Source of the DNA: Amoebophrya sp. A120
Taxonomy: Eukaryota; Protista; Dinoflagellata
Direction of reading: 5' to 3'
Assembly: GCA_905178155.1 (NCBI GenBank)
Contig: CAJINV010000015.1
Location: 973,907-1,037,906 of the forward strand
Length of the DNA stretch: 64,000 nt
Below the pieces are notes generated by a model. The model worked only from the letters and a program-made list of their open reading frames with translations, did not search any database and was not told the DNA's origin. Shown one piece after another: positions 21,122 to 33,300 of the stretch; the stretch's first letter is position 1, and every line of letters starts with the position of its first letter. The position numbers were made by a program, and so were the translations under genes.

Positions 21122-24100
21122 TCAGCAGCAGCCGAGAAAACCGCCGGAGGACTCGGTTTTAACCTCCTCCTCATCCTCTTCCTTTTCTCCGTCACCACCC
21201 CCACCAATAGCATCCCCTGGCTTAGCCACGAGGTTCCCCAAGCTGGAGACCGCTTCGATCGCCCCGCCGCTGCAGGTCCCCGCCAGAGGGGACGAAGATT
21301 CGGTCGCGTTTGCGTTAGCCGGCGCTGCACCTTCGAAGTTGCACCCGTAGATGAGGCACTGCACCGGGTTGTAGCTGAGCATGCTGCAGTCCCTTTGCTG
21401 GTCCGCCCCGACGCAGACCTTCATGCGGTCCGTGTTCGGAGACAAGTTCTCCGTGGCAAAAACGCCCTTCCAATACTCCAAGCCGGCTTTGTATGGGAGC
21501 GTCAGGATTGGAATCGTGAAAGTTGAAATGATTTGCCATGCATAAAATGCAAGACATGAAGTGCCTGTCTTGCCGAGATAGCAAGCGAGGCAGATTGTGA
21601 GCCGATTTAAGGTTTGGGACAGAGCTGCTAGAGGAGCATGACAAAAGCAGTCTTCTGTGCCCAAACAGCATGACAAACTGGATTTAGACGGTTGCGAAAT
21701 TTGTCATGCGCCGCTTGGAAATTGGGCTTCCAACTGGTACCGATTTTATGCATCACAAGTTATTTCAACTTTGTCAATTTCAATCCTGACACAACCATAC
21801 TTTGCTCGCTTCGCCCAGCATCAGGTGCGTCCCCACGTATCCACAGTAAATTTCCCGTACACGTACAAATGTGGTTTCTGCATTACAAAACTTGCCTTCA
21901 ATCCTAGTGCAGCATGACAAACTGGGCGCTGCAAGGTAGCGAAATTTGTCATGCATTTTGTACATGTACAGGAAATTTACATTGCATACCACACCCCCGC
22001 CGTCAATGAACGAGACCAGCTTATCAAATGCAAAAATGTCTGGGTCTGGAAGGATGTAACCTGTGATGCGCATTTCAGAACACACAAAAATCTCTCATGC
22101 ATAGGTAGCAAAAGCTGCTCACTTTCTGTCACCAAAATGGGGAATTTGTCATGCGGGTTCGGCATTGCGGAAGCTTCTCGAAACCTGTGATGCTAGAGCT
22201 TCCATGCCAGACCTTCCGTGTCATTCAGAAACAGCATAACTCTTGCTCTTCCAGACCCAGACATTTTTACATTTGATACAGCTCCGAACGGTCCAACTGG
22301 ACATTATCAAATACAAATATGTCTAGGTCTGGAAGCTTGTGATGCAAGTGAGTCAATAACAAATGCACTGCAATGCGCCGCCAAGCATGACAAGTTGATT
22401 CGTGCTTCTGTGCTGCGTATTCCGCATGAGAAACTGCGTTTTTGCATGACAGGCAAGATAGGCTGTTTGTGGCCACGCAATACAGATTTAAGGGCCATGC
22501 CAGATCAGCATGACAAATCTCGCAATCTTCCAGACCCAGATATTTTTGCATTTGATAGACATCAGACACGGACAACTCGACCTTATGGGTGTGTCAGGAT
22601 CGAAATCGACAAAATCGAAAAACTTGTGATGCATAAAATGCAGGGCACCGAAGGCCTGTATTGGGGGACAGGCAAATGAGGCCGATTGTAAGCCTGTTTA
22701 GGGGTTCTATGCAATGTGCTGCCAGAGTAGCATGACGGGAGCAGTCTTCTTTGTCCAAACAGCATGACAGACTGGATTTGGGTGCTCCCGAAATTTGTCA
22801 TGCCCCACTCGGAAACTGAGGCTCCCACTGGTATCGATTTTATGCATCACAAATTTTTCGACTTTGTCAATTTCGATTCTGACACTTCCATAGACCTGGA
22901 CAAGCGAGTAGTCCACAAACTTGCAGTTGCTGGAGGTGGGGCAAAACTCTTCCAGGTCCAGCGGTATGCATTGCAAAAGTAATATCGCACTCGTAGTAAT
23001 TGCAGTCACGCATTACAAATCTTCTTCTAAAGGTGAATCCGCATTACAAATTTTATTTCTCACGCTAAGGAAATTTGTACTTAATGCATTTATACGAGTA
23101 TCGGATACTTATCTTGCACTGCATAAGCGGCGATTGCTCGTACTGGAGGGTGACGGCGAAGCACTCGTCGTGCGTGTAAGTGATCGGAGTCCCGGTACTA
23201 CCGGCTTGCTCCAAAGCGTGCACGGTTTGCTGTAGTGCGTCAAGTCCATTGAATTCGTCAAGTTCCTCGTCCGCAACCAGGGCCGCGAAGCTTGCGATGA
23301 CGCTTTCAACCAGCAGAGCCTCACCGTCACCAGCTTCCGCCGTCATGTCCACGCCGCCTTTGAGCAGGCTGCACTATGGGACTCTCAAACGTTACACTCT
23401 TAACTGTTCTTGCATGAATTTGTCATGCAGAAGCACTATCACGCTTCTCACGATCAAGCTTCTTCGCATGAAAAATTGTTCTCGTCGGCAAGCTAAATTC
23501 ATAGCATCGCAATTTGTGCCAAGTCTGTAATGCAAGACGCGCAACAAGGTCACCCCTTCGACGTTTGCTGTTCTTGCATGACAAATTCGTGTAACGGTTG
23601 AGAATGTGACGTTTGAGAACGCCATATGCACCCAATCGGCCTGGTCCACGGCGCGGGGCTCTTCGCCGGGTCCCGCGGCCCGGTCCCCGTGGGGAGTTCG
23701 CCCCGGCCCGGCGCGGCCCCTTGGGGTCGTTCTTGTTCGCCAGCCGCCGGCGGGTCCCGCGGGGTCCCGCGGAGTACCGCCACCTGCACATCCGCTTCCG
23801 CAATACCAAAAATGGTCATGAGGTGGGCCCTGAGCGCCCTCGCGTCGCTGCCAGCCATCTCCACCGCTTTTATCCAGGAAAAAAACTGTGTAAGTGTAAC
23901 TTTGTAGGAAGAGCAGCATCACAAATTCGTTTTGCATTTACAGGAAAAATCTGTCATGCGCAGCTAGTACGTGCAAACACGTATGAAAGTGGCCTATGCT
24001 GCACACTCAGCATGACAAGTGCGAACTGTTTTGCATTTTCTGCATCACAGATTTACACTAACAACGTTTGTTTCTTGGATAGCTTTCGCCAGGTGTTCAA

Positions 24101-27100
24101 TTGGAACCGCCGGGACATCGAGAAGGCTGCATCCTTCGACAGTTGTATGGAGGGATTTGCAAAAGTTACACTCTGAAACTGTTGCACAAATTGGATGTCT
24201 CATGCAAGAACAGCATCTTCAACTTCAACAGTGAATCTACTTAGCGACACAAATTTGGCACAGATAAAAATGTCGATGCGGTTTAGAAGCCGCGGCCTTC
24301 GAGAGTTTGTCATGCGAAGTTGTTGTCGCTCCAGCTTGATCGCCTGGCGGATTCTGGTAGTACAAGTTTTGCATGAAAAAAAATCATGTAACAGTGGAGA
24401 ATGTAACAGCTGAGATGAGATGTATCCCATAAACAGATGGCAGCCTGCCCGGACCGTAGGCTTCCTGCCACTCCGGAAGCCTGGACGTGCAGGAAATGTC
24501 CGCGGTCTCGGTGGGCATATCAGTACCCGCATCGATGTCATTCGAGTTCGCCTGACAGACACCACCACCTTTGACGAGGCCCGAAATGCAGTTTTTCACC
24601 TTCTCCGCCGTAGTCGCGCCCATGTTGCTCCGCTCTGGACATTATCCTGTGCAAAAGTATCGCACTCGTAGTAATTGCAATCATGCATTACAAATCTCTC
24701 TCTGAAGGCAAATCAGCATTACAAATCTCATTTTTCACGCTGAGGAAATTTGTAATGCATCTATACGAGTACGATACTTTTGCACTGCATAGACATCCGA
24801 AATGCGCGTCATGCACTTTCTCCGCCTCGAAGCACTTCCCACTAAATTGCGCGGTGTTCACCATCCAGCCCTTTTCCAGCGTATTCGCGTCGCCCCACAC
24901 ACACTTCTGAAACGTCATGCCCATGTGCTCCCTCGTCAGACCGTTGCACGTCTTTTCCGCTGCAATGGCATCCGCGGTGTTGACGTCGCGGCATTCAGTC
25001 GGTGTTTTGATCTCATCTTTCGGCTTGCAGACATTGTTCTTGTTGTCCCAGGAGCACGACAAAGGGGAATCGGTCTTGCACTCGTTTTCCGTTGTCCACC
25101 TTGCACAGGGCGTCAAGGGGGGGCTCGGAGTGATGATGGTATCATTTTTCTCTCCTTTCGCACCGAACATAGGCTTCGGGTTATTGAGAGAAAAAATCCC
25201 CCCTCCCCATATTGAAAAGATATGTTTTTGTTGCTGATTTGTGACCACAAATCAGCCGCGTCTTGCAAGCCGACAAGTGCAGAGGCTGCATCCGCCCAAT
25301 TGTGAAGCGCTTTGGCATGCTGTTGGTCCTAGAGGGTAGCCGTTTGCAATGCTGAACAACTAGACCTGAGCGCTGCCACGACCCAGGCTGCCAGACATCT
25401 GGCAGGAGTGCCGTACTACTGCAAGACAAGTCGGATTTGGTTTACACAAATCAGCATCAGAAGTTGTTTCCACTTTGATATGAGGAGGGGGGATTTTTCA
25501 TTTTGATACGGGTTGGGCAGCTTCGACACGCACTTGATGGTCTGCTCTGGGTACGCAGTGAGGTTCCACTTTCCGTCGACCATCGGGATGGCATCGTCGA
25601 AGGTAGCCTTGCAGGACGACGCAAGCGCGGTTTCGCACATGTCCTTCCCTGCGGCCCCCGTGCCGCCGCCGTACGCCGGGCAACCCTATGCATTGCAAAA
25701 GTATCGTACTCGTATAAATGCATTACAAGTTTCCTCAGCATGAGAAATAAAATTTGTAATGCGGATTTGACTTAACGTTAACAAAAAGATTTGTAATGCA
25801 TGATTGCAATACGAATACTGCTTTTGCACAGGATAAACCCAGCAGAGCGGCCATCAGCCGCTGACCGCTGTAGCACTGCGGGGGAGGCATGGCGCCGGTT
25901 TTAGTACTCCGCCGCGAGGATGAAGATGATCCCAACTCCAGCAAAATGACGTTCTCCGGCAGCGATTGCGGATTTTCCTGGAGCGGGAGCAGAATCGCCC
26001 CTTCGATCGTCTCCCCCAGCTGACAGTCGACTGTGCCATCGTTGTCCACGTCCGTTTCCTCGCACTCAATTTTGGTCGTGCCCGCGCTTTTGCACCCTCC
26101 TTCCAACGGGAATGAGACCAAAGAGTCGAACGCAGACAAGTCGGGCACTTGCGGATTGTTCGCGCCCCCACCAACGCCCATGGCTGTGAACATCTGGTAA
26201 TCGTCGCTCTCGCTGTGCACGGAAACGCACGCTTTTTCTCCCGCGCTACTTTCCACGGCACGACAATCGAACTGCGCGTACATCATGCCGTCCGGGTCTC
26301 GCAGCCACTTATCGGGTTTTCAAACGTTACGCTCTCAACTGTTACACGGACGATTTCTCACGCAGCATTCTTGCCATTCATATCTTTATCTCCACGATCA
26401 AGCTGCTCCTTCGCGTGACAAGTTATCGACGCGCCAAATAAAATCAAAATCTGCGCCAAGAAACCTGTAGTTGTATATGCATTTAAACCGCAAGCTCCCT
26501 CCGTTCCGTTCGCCTTCGCTTTTTCTGTTCTTGCAGCACAAATTATTCATGTAACAGCTTTGAGAGTGTAACGTTTGAGAGTCCCGTACCACTGCCGAAA
26601 GTCGTCGAACAGATTTCCCGTGCACTCTTTCTCTCCCTTCAACGCGAATGCGGTATCATACAGAAAAAAGCAAGCAGGGCATATGCATATCCATATTTGC
26701 AACGCAAAAAATAACTACTTATGTACTTAACACAAAAATCTGTCATGGGCAAGCTCGTCATCGCATGCTGTTCAAGGCGCGCAACAAGAGCGTTCTTTTT
26801 TGTGTGCTTCATCTACATCGTTCTTTTGCCTTTACAAATATCATGCCCTGCCTGTCTTTTTCTGTGGGATATCCGGCAGCGCAAAGCGGATTGCCAATCT
26901 TTTCGTCGAACAGCAGCTGTCCCGACCACTGGCAGAAATGCGTTCCGTTGCCGGCATTAGCGGTACCGTTCCACTGCCACAGGCAACTGACAGGATTATC
27001 AGTGTTTTTTGACGCGTCCAATTGGCAGGTGTCCTCCGTTGTCTGATTGCTTATTACAGTGAAAAATGCCCCCCACCCCTGAAATTGCAAAAATTTGTAA

Positions 27101-30100
27101 TGCGAAGTTTCCAAATGAAAAGTTTTTGTCATGCATGAAAGGAGTTTGAATCTTTCTGATGCAGAGCTAAGGCGTGTATCGCATCGCTTGCATGACAAGC
27201 GCCGCTCCTGCTGGGGTTTTTTGCAATGCAAATTTTTGCTATTCACGATTGGAAACCTGTGATGCTGATAGATGCAAGAGGGCGAATGTTATATTTGGAA
27301 AGGTTTGCAATACAAATTCTCCCAAGTTCGGGGGTGGAGGCATTTTTCATTGTAATATTGTCACAGTACGCTTTCATGAAGGAGAAGGACGTCGGGGTCA
27401 AGGGGGGGCTCGGAGTGATGATGGTATCATTTTTCTCTCCTTTCGCACCGAACATAGGCTTCGGGTTATTGAGAGAAAAAATCCCCCCTCCCCATATTGA
27501 AAAGATATGTTTTTGTTGCTGATTTGTGACCACAAATCAGCCGCGTCTTGCAAGCCGACAAGTGCAGAGGCTGCATCCGCCCAATTGTGAAGCGCTTTGG
27601 CATGCTGTTGGTCCTAGAGGGTAGCCGTTTGCAATGCTGAACAACTAGACCTGAGCGCTGCCACGACCCAGGCTGCCAGACATCTGGCAGGAGTGCCGTA
27701 CTACTGCAAGACAAGTCGGATTTGGTTTACACAAATCAGCATCAGAAGTTGTTTCCACTTTGATATGAGGAGGGGGGATTTTTCATTTTGATACGGGTTG
27801 GGCAGCTTCGACACGCACTTGATGGTCTGCTCTGGGTACGCAGTGAGGTTCCACTTTCCGTCGACCATCGGGATGGCATCGTCGAAGGTAGCCTTGCAGG
27901 ACGACGCAAGCGCGGTTTCGCACATGTCCTTCCCTGCGGCCCCCGTGCCGCCGCCGTACGCCGGGCAACCCTATGCATTGCAAAAGTATCGTACTCGTAT
28001 AAATGCATTACAAGTTTCCTCAGCATGAGAAATAAAATTTGTAATGCGGATTTGACTTAACGTTAACAAAAAGATTTGTAATGCATGATTGCAATACGAA
28101 TACTGCTTTTGCACAGGATAAACCCAGCAGAGCGGCCATCAGCCGCTGACCGCTGTAGCACTGCGGGGGAGGCATGGCGCCGGTTTTAGTACTCCGCCGC
28201 GAGGATGAAGATGATCCCAACTCCAGCAAAATGACGTTCTCCGGCAGCGATTGCGGATTTTCCTGGAGCGGGAGCAGAATCGCCCCTTCGATCGTCTCCC
28301 CCAGCTGACAGTCGACTGTGCCATCGTTGTCCACGTCCGTTTCCTCGCACTCAATTTTGGTCGTGCCCGCGCTTTTGCACCCTCCTTCCAACGGGAATGA
28401 GACCAAAGAGTCGAACGCAGACAAGTCGGGCACTTGCGGATTGTTCGCGCCCCCACCAACGCCCATGGCTGTGAACATCTGGTAATCGTCGCTCTCGCTG
28501 TGCACGGAAACGCACGCTTTTTCTCCCGCGCTACTTTCCACGGCACGACAATCGAACTGCGCGTACATCATGCCGTCCGGGTCTCGCAGCCACTTATCGG
28601 GTTTTCAAACGTTACGCTCTCAACTGTTACACGGACGATTTCTCACGCAGCATTCTTGCCATTCATATCTTTATCTCCACGATCAAGCTGCTCCTTCGCG
28701 TGACAAGTTATCGACGCGCCAAATAAAATCAAAATCTGCGCCAAGAAACCTGTAGTTGTATATGCATTTAAACCGCAAGCTCCCTCCGTTCCGTTCGCCT
28801 TCGCTTTTTCTGTTCTTGCAGCACAAATTATTCATGTAACAGCTTTGAGAGTGTAACGTTTGAGAGTCCCGTACCACTGCCGAAAGTCGTCGAACAGATT
28901 TCCCGTGCACTCTTTCTCTCCCTTCAACGCGAATGCGGTATCATACAGAAAAAAGCAAGCAGGGCATATACATATCCATATTTGCAACGCAAAAAATAAC
29001 TACTTATGTACTTAACACAAAAATCTGTCATGGGCAAGCTCGTCATCGCATGCTGTTCAAGGCGCGCAACAAGAGCGTTCTTTTTTGTGTGCTTCATCTA
29101 CATCGTTCTTTTGCCTTTACAAATATCATGCCCTGCCTGTCTTTTTCTGTGGGATATCCGGCAGCGCAAAGCGGATTGCCAATCTTTTCGTCGAACAGCA
29201 GCTGTCCCGACCACTGGCAGAAATGCGTTCCGTTGCCGGCATTAGCGGTACCGTTCCACTGCCACAGGCAACTGACAGGATTATCAGTGTTTTTTGACGC
29301 GTCCAATTGGCAGGTGTCCTCCGTTGTCTGATTGCTTATTACAGTGAAAAATGCCCCCCACCCCTGAAATTGCAAAAATTTGTAATGCGAAGTTTCCAAA
29401 TGAAAAGTTTTTGTCATGCATGAAAGGAGTTTGAATCTTTCTGATGCAGAGCTAAGGCGTGTATCGCATCGCTTGCATGACAAGCGCCGCTCCTGCTGGG
29501 GTTTTTTGCAATGCAAATTTTTGCTATTCACGATTGGAAACCTGTGATGCTGATAGATGCAAGAGGGCGAATGTTATATTTGGAAAGGTTTGCAATACAA
29601 ATTCTCCCAAGTTCGGGGGTGGAGGCATTTTTCATTGTAATATTGTCACAGTACGCTTTCATGAAGGAGAAGGACGTCGGGTCTGCGCCAGCTTCTTCGA
29701 GATTCACGTTTTCGTGCATTTTGCTCTTTCCGCCAGCGCGCAAATTCTTCTTCTCCTCGTGCTCCACCAGCACACGGTGAGTTTTCTGTATAGCGTGCTC
29801 AGATGAGAATACCAATATTTTTACCATCTCGACTGCGACAATTATTCGTGATGCAAACTGCGGACGACGATCTGTCTCGCTCACTCGCCGTGGTCCTCGT
29901 GCGTACCAGCATCACAAACTTACGAAATGCGGTCAGCACCCAGTTTCAACATGTTGCGAGGGACAGCAGGGAGTAGACCTTGATACTTTGAATAGACCTT
30001 GGCCAGGCAAGACAACTTGAACTTTCACTTTGCACGGCGACGGCCTTGTAGTTATATATTACTTTTACACTGAAATGCTAAAAATGATCCCCTCCTCTGA

Positions 30101-30382
30101 GCAAGCCATAGTCCCCTGTGCCGCGATCTTCTTGGAGGTTTTCTTCTTGTTCGTGCGCTGGGAGGTGGTCTTCGCGGAGGTGCCCACGCGCGCGGTGCTG
30201 GTGTGCTGGCCCTTGTTCGTGGTCACCAGCGCAGCGTCCACCGACGTCCCAGTCGTGGCCAACAGGTGCACAACGGTGGCCCCCGCCGCTAGGGAAGAAG
30301 CCGCTCCTCCGAATGCGCGCTTCTTGTACAATTTGCCACCATGAGGGGTGGACTTGGATTCGTTTTCGTTGTAGCTCGCCAT
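21122..30382 (-). CDS. Large Cys-rich repeat protein, copy 1 (internal 2285-bp duplication; lacks a module present in copy 2; may be a pseudogene)
   Basis: Starts MASYNENESK.., hydrophobic AASSLAAGATVVHLLA, repeated C-x-W motifs, ends GGFLGCC*; about 21 introners. Confidence 0.7.
21492..21799. mobile_element. Introner family F
   Basis: TIR TATGGGAGCGTCAGGATTG; DR CTTTG; shared with 36371. Confidence 0.9.
21838..21988. mobile_element. Introner family G
   Basis: TIR TATCCACAGTAAATTTCCCGTACACGTACAAA; DR CCACG/CCACA. Confidence 0.9.
22022..22278. mobile_element. Introner family C (copy-1 specific)
   Basis: DR CAGCT; empty site near 36895. Confidence 0.92.
22305..22557. mobile_element. Introner family C
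   Basis: DR GACAT. Confidence 0.92.
22584..22892. mobile_element. Introner family F (copy-1 specific)
   Basis: DR GACCT; empty site near 37221. Confidence 0.92.
22965..23125. mobile_element. Introner family A
   Basis: DR AGCGG; shared with 37293. Confidence 0.9.
23375..23626. mobile_element. Introner family B
   Basis: DR TGCAC; shared with 41640. Confidence 0.9.
23871..24081. mobile_element. Introner family D (copy-1 specific)
   Basis: TIR TATCCAGGAAA / TTTCTTGGATA; DR GCTTT; empty site near 42007. Confidence 0.92.
24146..24431. mobile_element. Introner family B (degenerate)
   Basis: TATGG...CCCATA; shared with 42068. Confidence 0.75.
24643..24791. mobile_element. Introner family A
   Basis: DR GACAT; shared with 42601. 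Confidence 0.92.
25182..25508. mobile_element. Introner family H
   Basis: TIR TAT..GAAAAAATCCCCCCTCCCCATAT; DR CGGGT. Confidence 0.9.
25687..25835. mobile_element. Introner family A (copy-1 specific)
   Basis: DR AACCC; empty site near 44042. Confidence 0.92.
26310..26588. mobile_element. Introner family B (degenerate)
   Basis: DR CCACT. Confidence 0.85.
26654..26871. mobile_element. Introner family I
   Basis: TIR TATCATACAGAAAAAAGCAAGCAGGGCAT; DR TGCGG/TCCGG. Confidence 0.85.
27052..27357. mobile_element. Introner family J (copy-1 specific)
   Basis: TIR TATTACAGTGAAAAATGCC / GGCATTTTTCATTGTAATA; DR TTGCT/TTGTC. Confidence 0.85.
29789..30110. mobile_element. Introner family K with 8-bp DR (copy-1 specific)
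   Basis: TIR TATAGCGTGCTCAGA / TCTGAGCAAGCCATA; DR GTTTTCTG/GTCCCCTG; empty site GTTTCCTG at 52151. Confidence 0.85.
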
Positions 30383-33300
30383 GATTTTCTTCTCGTCTTG
30401 GCGCAATAAATTTGAGTAGTTTATTATTCCGGGTGGCTTAATTTCGTTGCAAAACACCGATTTGAGCAAGCCTCTCAGGGTATGAAAGGTTGTATGTTGT
30501 TAAAGAAACACGTTTTGAAAATTAGTTCGAGCTAATTTCAGGGAAAGGAAAACGTACAAAGAACTTCGTTTCGAAAGTGGTGGTTCCGAAACAAGTGTTT
30601 TCCTGTCATTTTTCAGAAAACATTTTTCGTAGAAGATGGAAGACCACGACGATCTTCGGAATCAACCACGAACTTCGAGTACAAAAGTTTTGACGAAAAA
30701 CTAAAAAGAAAAGCACCGAACCAAATAAAATGGTTTACCGTCTTCATGTTTCTTGCTGGACAACCTGCAGTACGACGACTATTCTAGTACGTTTTCCAGA
30801 CGAGGCAAAGAACGAACTACGAGACAACTGAGGGACGAAAACGCGGTCAGACGCAGAGGACTTAATATTCCTGAACGAAACCGAAAGTAAACCGAGTCAC
30901 AACTTCATCTAGGTACTTAGACATGAAGTGGTGAAAGTGCAGCTGCAATTATCTTTATGTTATCTCGTAAATCATCTACCGATAGACGCCGCGCGCAACT
31001 GACGGACACGAAAATAAGCCGCGTGTAAGTGCTACGTACGTATACCGATGCGTTTGATCTTGATGCTTTTCAGCTATCTCCTATACCTATCTACAACTTG
31101 TTTTTCTTCACGACATTAACGAGAAAATCTTGCTGCTTCCTCGACGTTTCTTCTTGGACAAAGTAAACTCAGAACAGCGGTCTTCATCTCGGGGGACAGA
31201 GGCTGTAACTCTGTTCACAATAGTGCAGCAGCAGTAAAGCATGTCAGGTGCGTTGGAACCGCGCTGCGCTTCTTCTTCAGCAGGGCTGGTGTTGCAATCT
31301 TCCACATTACTCCTACTGAGATTTCGATTTCCGCTGGGGTAACTTAAGAAAGCTCGCGTACTGAAGGTGTTTAGATCATCAGGGTTTCTGTTTACTTCAT
31401 GCACATTACACAGTGTAAAAATACATCCGGAAGACTCAAGTATTTGTCGACAGAGAAGGAGCACGCGTACCCAATGGACCATCGATGTGAAGTAAAACAA
31501 AAACATACAGCTGGTGTTGGGGTACAAGGAAGGAGAACGGTAAGAATAAATGCACTATCTTCACTTTTTCTTTTTCTTGCCCTTTCCCTTGCCGCTTTTC
31601 GGCGAGTCGTCGCCACTGGAAATCTATGCCCTGCAAAAGTTCTTGTAGTCGCACAAGCATTTGCATGATCATCAGCACTACAGCCCCTTCTCACGCAAAA
31701 ATCTGCTTAGGACATCAACATCGAAGATCTTTTTTTTCACTTGTTTGATGATGTTTCACAGACACGGGGTCTTTCTCCGCACCTTTGGAAACGAAAGTCA
31801 AAGTGCATCTCTGTCTGACTCCTTGCCAAAATCTCTGCTTGTAGTCATGCGTTTCGTGTTGCTGCAAGTTGTAGGGGGCGGGCAACATTCTATTTCTCTT
31901 TCATCATATCGTGAAGTTGTATCGAAAGCCTGCGCAAAAACATGCATCTAGTCTACTGTAAGAACAACCACTTTTGCAAAGCATACCTTCCCTCTTTTCT
32001 TTCCCTTGCCTTTTTTCCCTTTCTTCCCCTTCTTGCCTTTTTTCCCTTTCTTGCCTTTCTTTCCCTTCCCTTTGTCAGACGAATCGTCTTCGGTTTTCTG
32101 CTATCCAGTGCAAATGCAATACATGGGGATTTGGGTCATGCAATAGCTTTTCTTCCGCGAAAATTATCGTTTGCTTCATCTATGCTGATGGCTGTTGATT
32201 GTGAATATTGTGCGTGCAAAAGTGATATCCTGCAAAATTCATTTTCATACAGTGTATCAACATGACAGCTGGGGACTTTCGCAATCAAAAGAGGACCCGA
32301 ATCAGATGTGAAGATGAATTTGCAACGCGTATCTCCGTGGGTCCCACGCTCGCGGCGGTTTCGGTTTCCTCTTCGCTATGGCGCTCTCAAACCTTAGTAC
32401 ATTGATCGCCCGTACACGATTTTCATTTCTTGCTACACCAGAATGGTAAAAGTAGAAGGGGGGGAACCGAAAAGCAACAGCTACAGCTTGTGCTTACAGC
32501 TTGCGCTTACAGCTTGCGCTTACAGCTTGCGCGGCTTGCATTACAGATTGTCACGGACATCAATTCCCATACTATTGAAAATTTACCGCGTCATCTCAAA
32601 CTTGTGAAACACAGTAACTTGATTGTGTGAATCTGGAAGATCATAGTCCTCGTGGTAGTGATTTTGCATGATAACGAGAAATTATGCAACGGCGATCAAT
32701 CATGTGACATCGATCCATATTACGATAACGATCGGACGAATACTTAAAAAAAGCCAGCCACTTTCTCGCTGCAGCAAACTGCCCAGGAATGAATCATAAT
32801 ACAGTGATATAATTCGTCCCAATAGAATCACGTCAGAACTCACTGCACGATATAATTTTCACACCGGGGGTTGACAAAAGTTTCACTGCGACTGGACGAA
32901 TACGAGTGGTGATGTTGGATACTAATCTCTGTAGCTTTTTTCTAAACGAAAGAGCATTTTGCACGATAATGAAGCGGCGATATTTTTTCATTTTTGTCCA
33001 CCGGACGAAGAGGCACGAATAGTTTATGTTGGACGGTACTAGCGGAAAGAAGAGATAAAGACGAGGGCGGTCTGAAACAAAGAGACGCAAAAAGAGCGTA
33101 CGAAACGACAGAAAATAACGACCAGAAAAACTAAAAATTCAGTCCGGAAGTAACAAGTACCAGGCCCTACTTGTTCATTTTCATCGAACATCAAAACAAG
33201 CGAGAGGACATCCATCACGAGAACGCGAAAGACCACGACCACAGCTCTAGAGGAACTTCATCACGGTCCCTTCGTCGCGTCTGTCCCCTGGTCCTCGCAC

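Larger units (their letters stand above)
25112..29681. repeat. Near-perfect tandem duplication of 2285 bp (25112-27396 / 27397-29681), including second copies of five introners
   Basis: Constant 2285 offset of identical ORFs; one substitution seen (near 26683/28968). Confidence 0.95.
17157..32705. repeat. Tandem segmental duplication, block 1
   Basis: 17157.. aligns with 32918..; 30400-32705 aligns with 52440-54712; contains Cys-rich gene copy 1. Confidence 0.85.

Noticed and set aside
31942-32265. Hydrophobic LAFFPF-repeat ORF (also at 53800-54105)
   Set aside because: Low-complexity pyrimidine repeat; frames are not conserved between the duplicates.
32484-32540. 13-bp TACAGCTTGCGCT tandem repeat
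   Set aside because: Simple slippage expansion relative to about 54516; no functional evidence.
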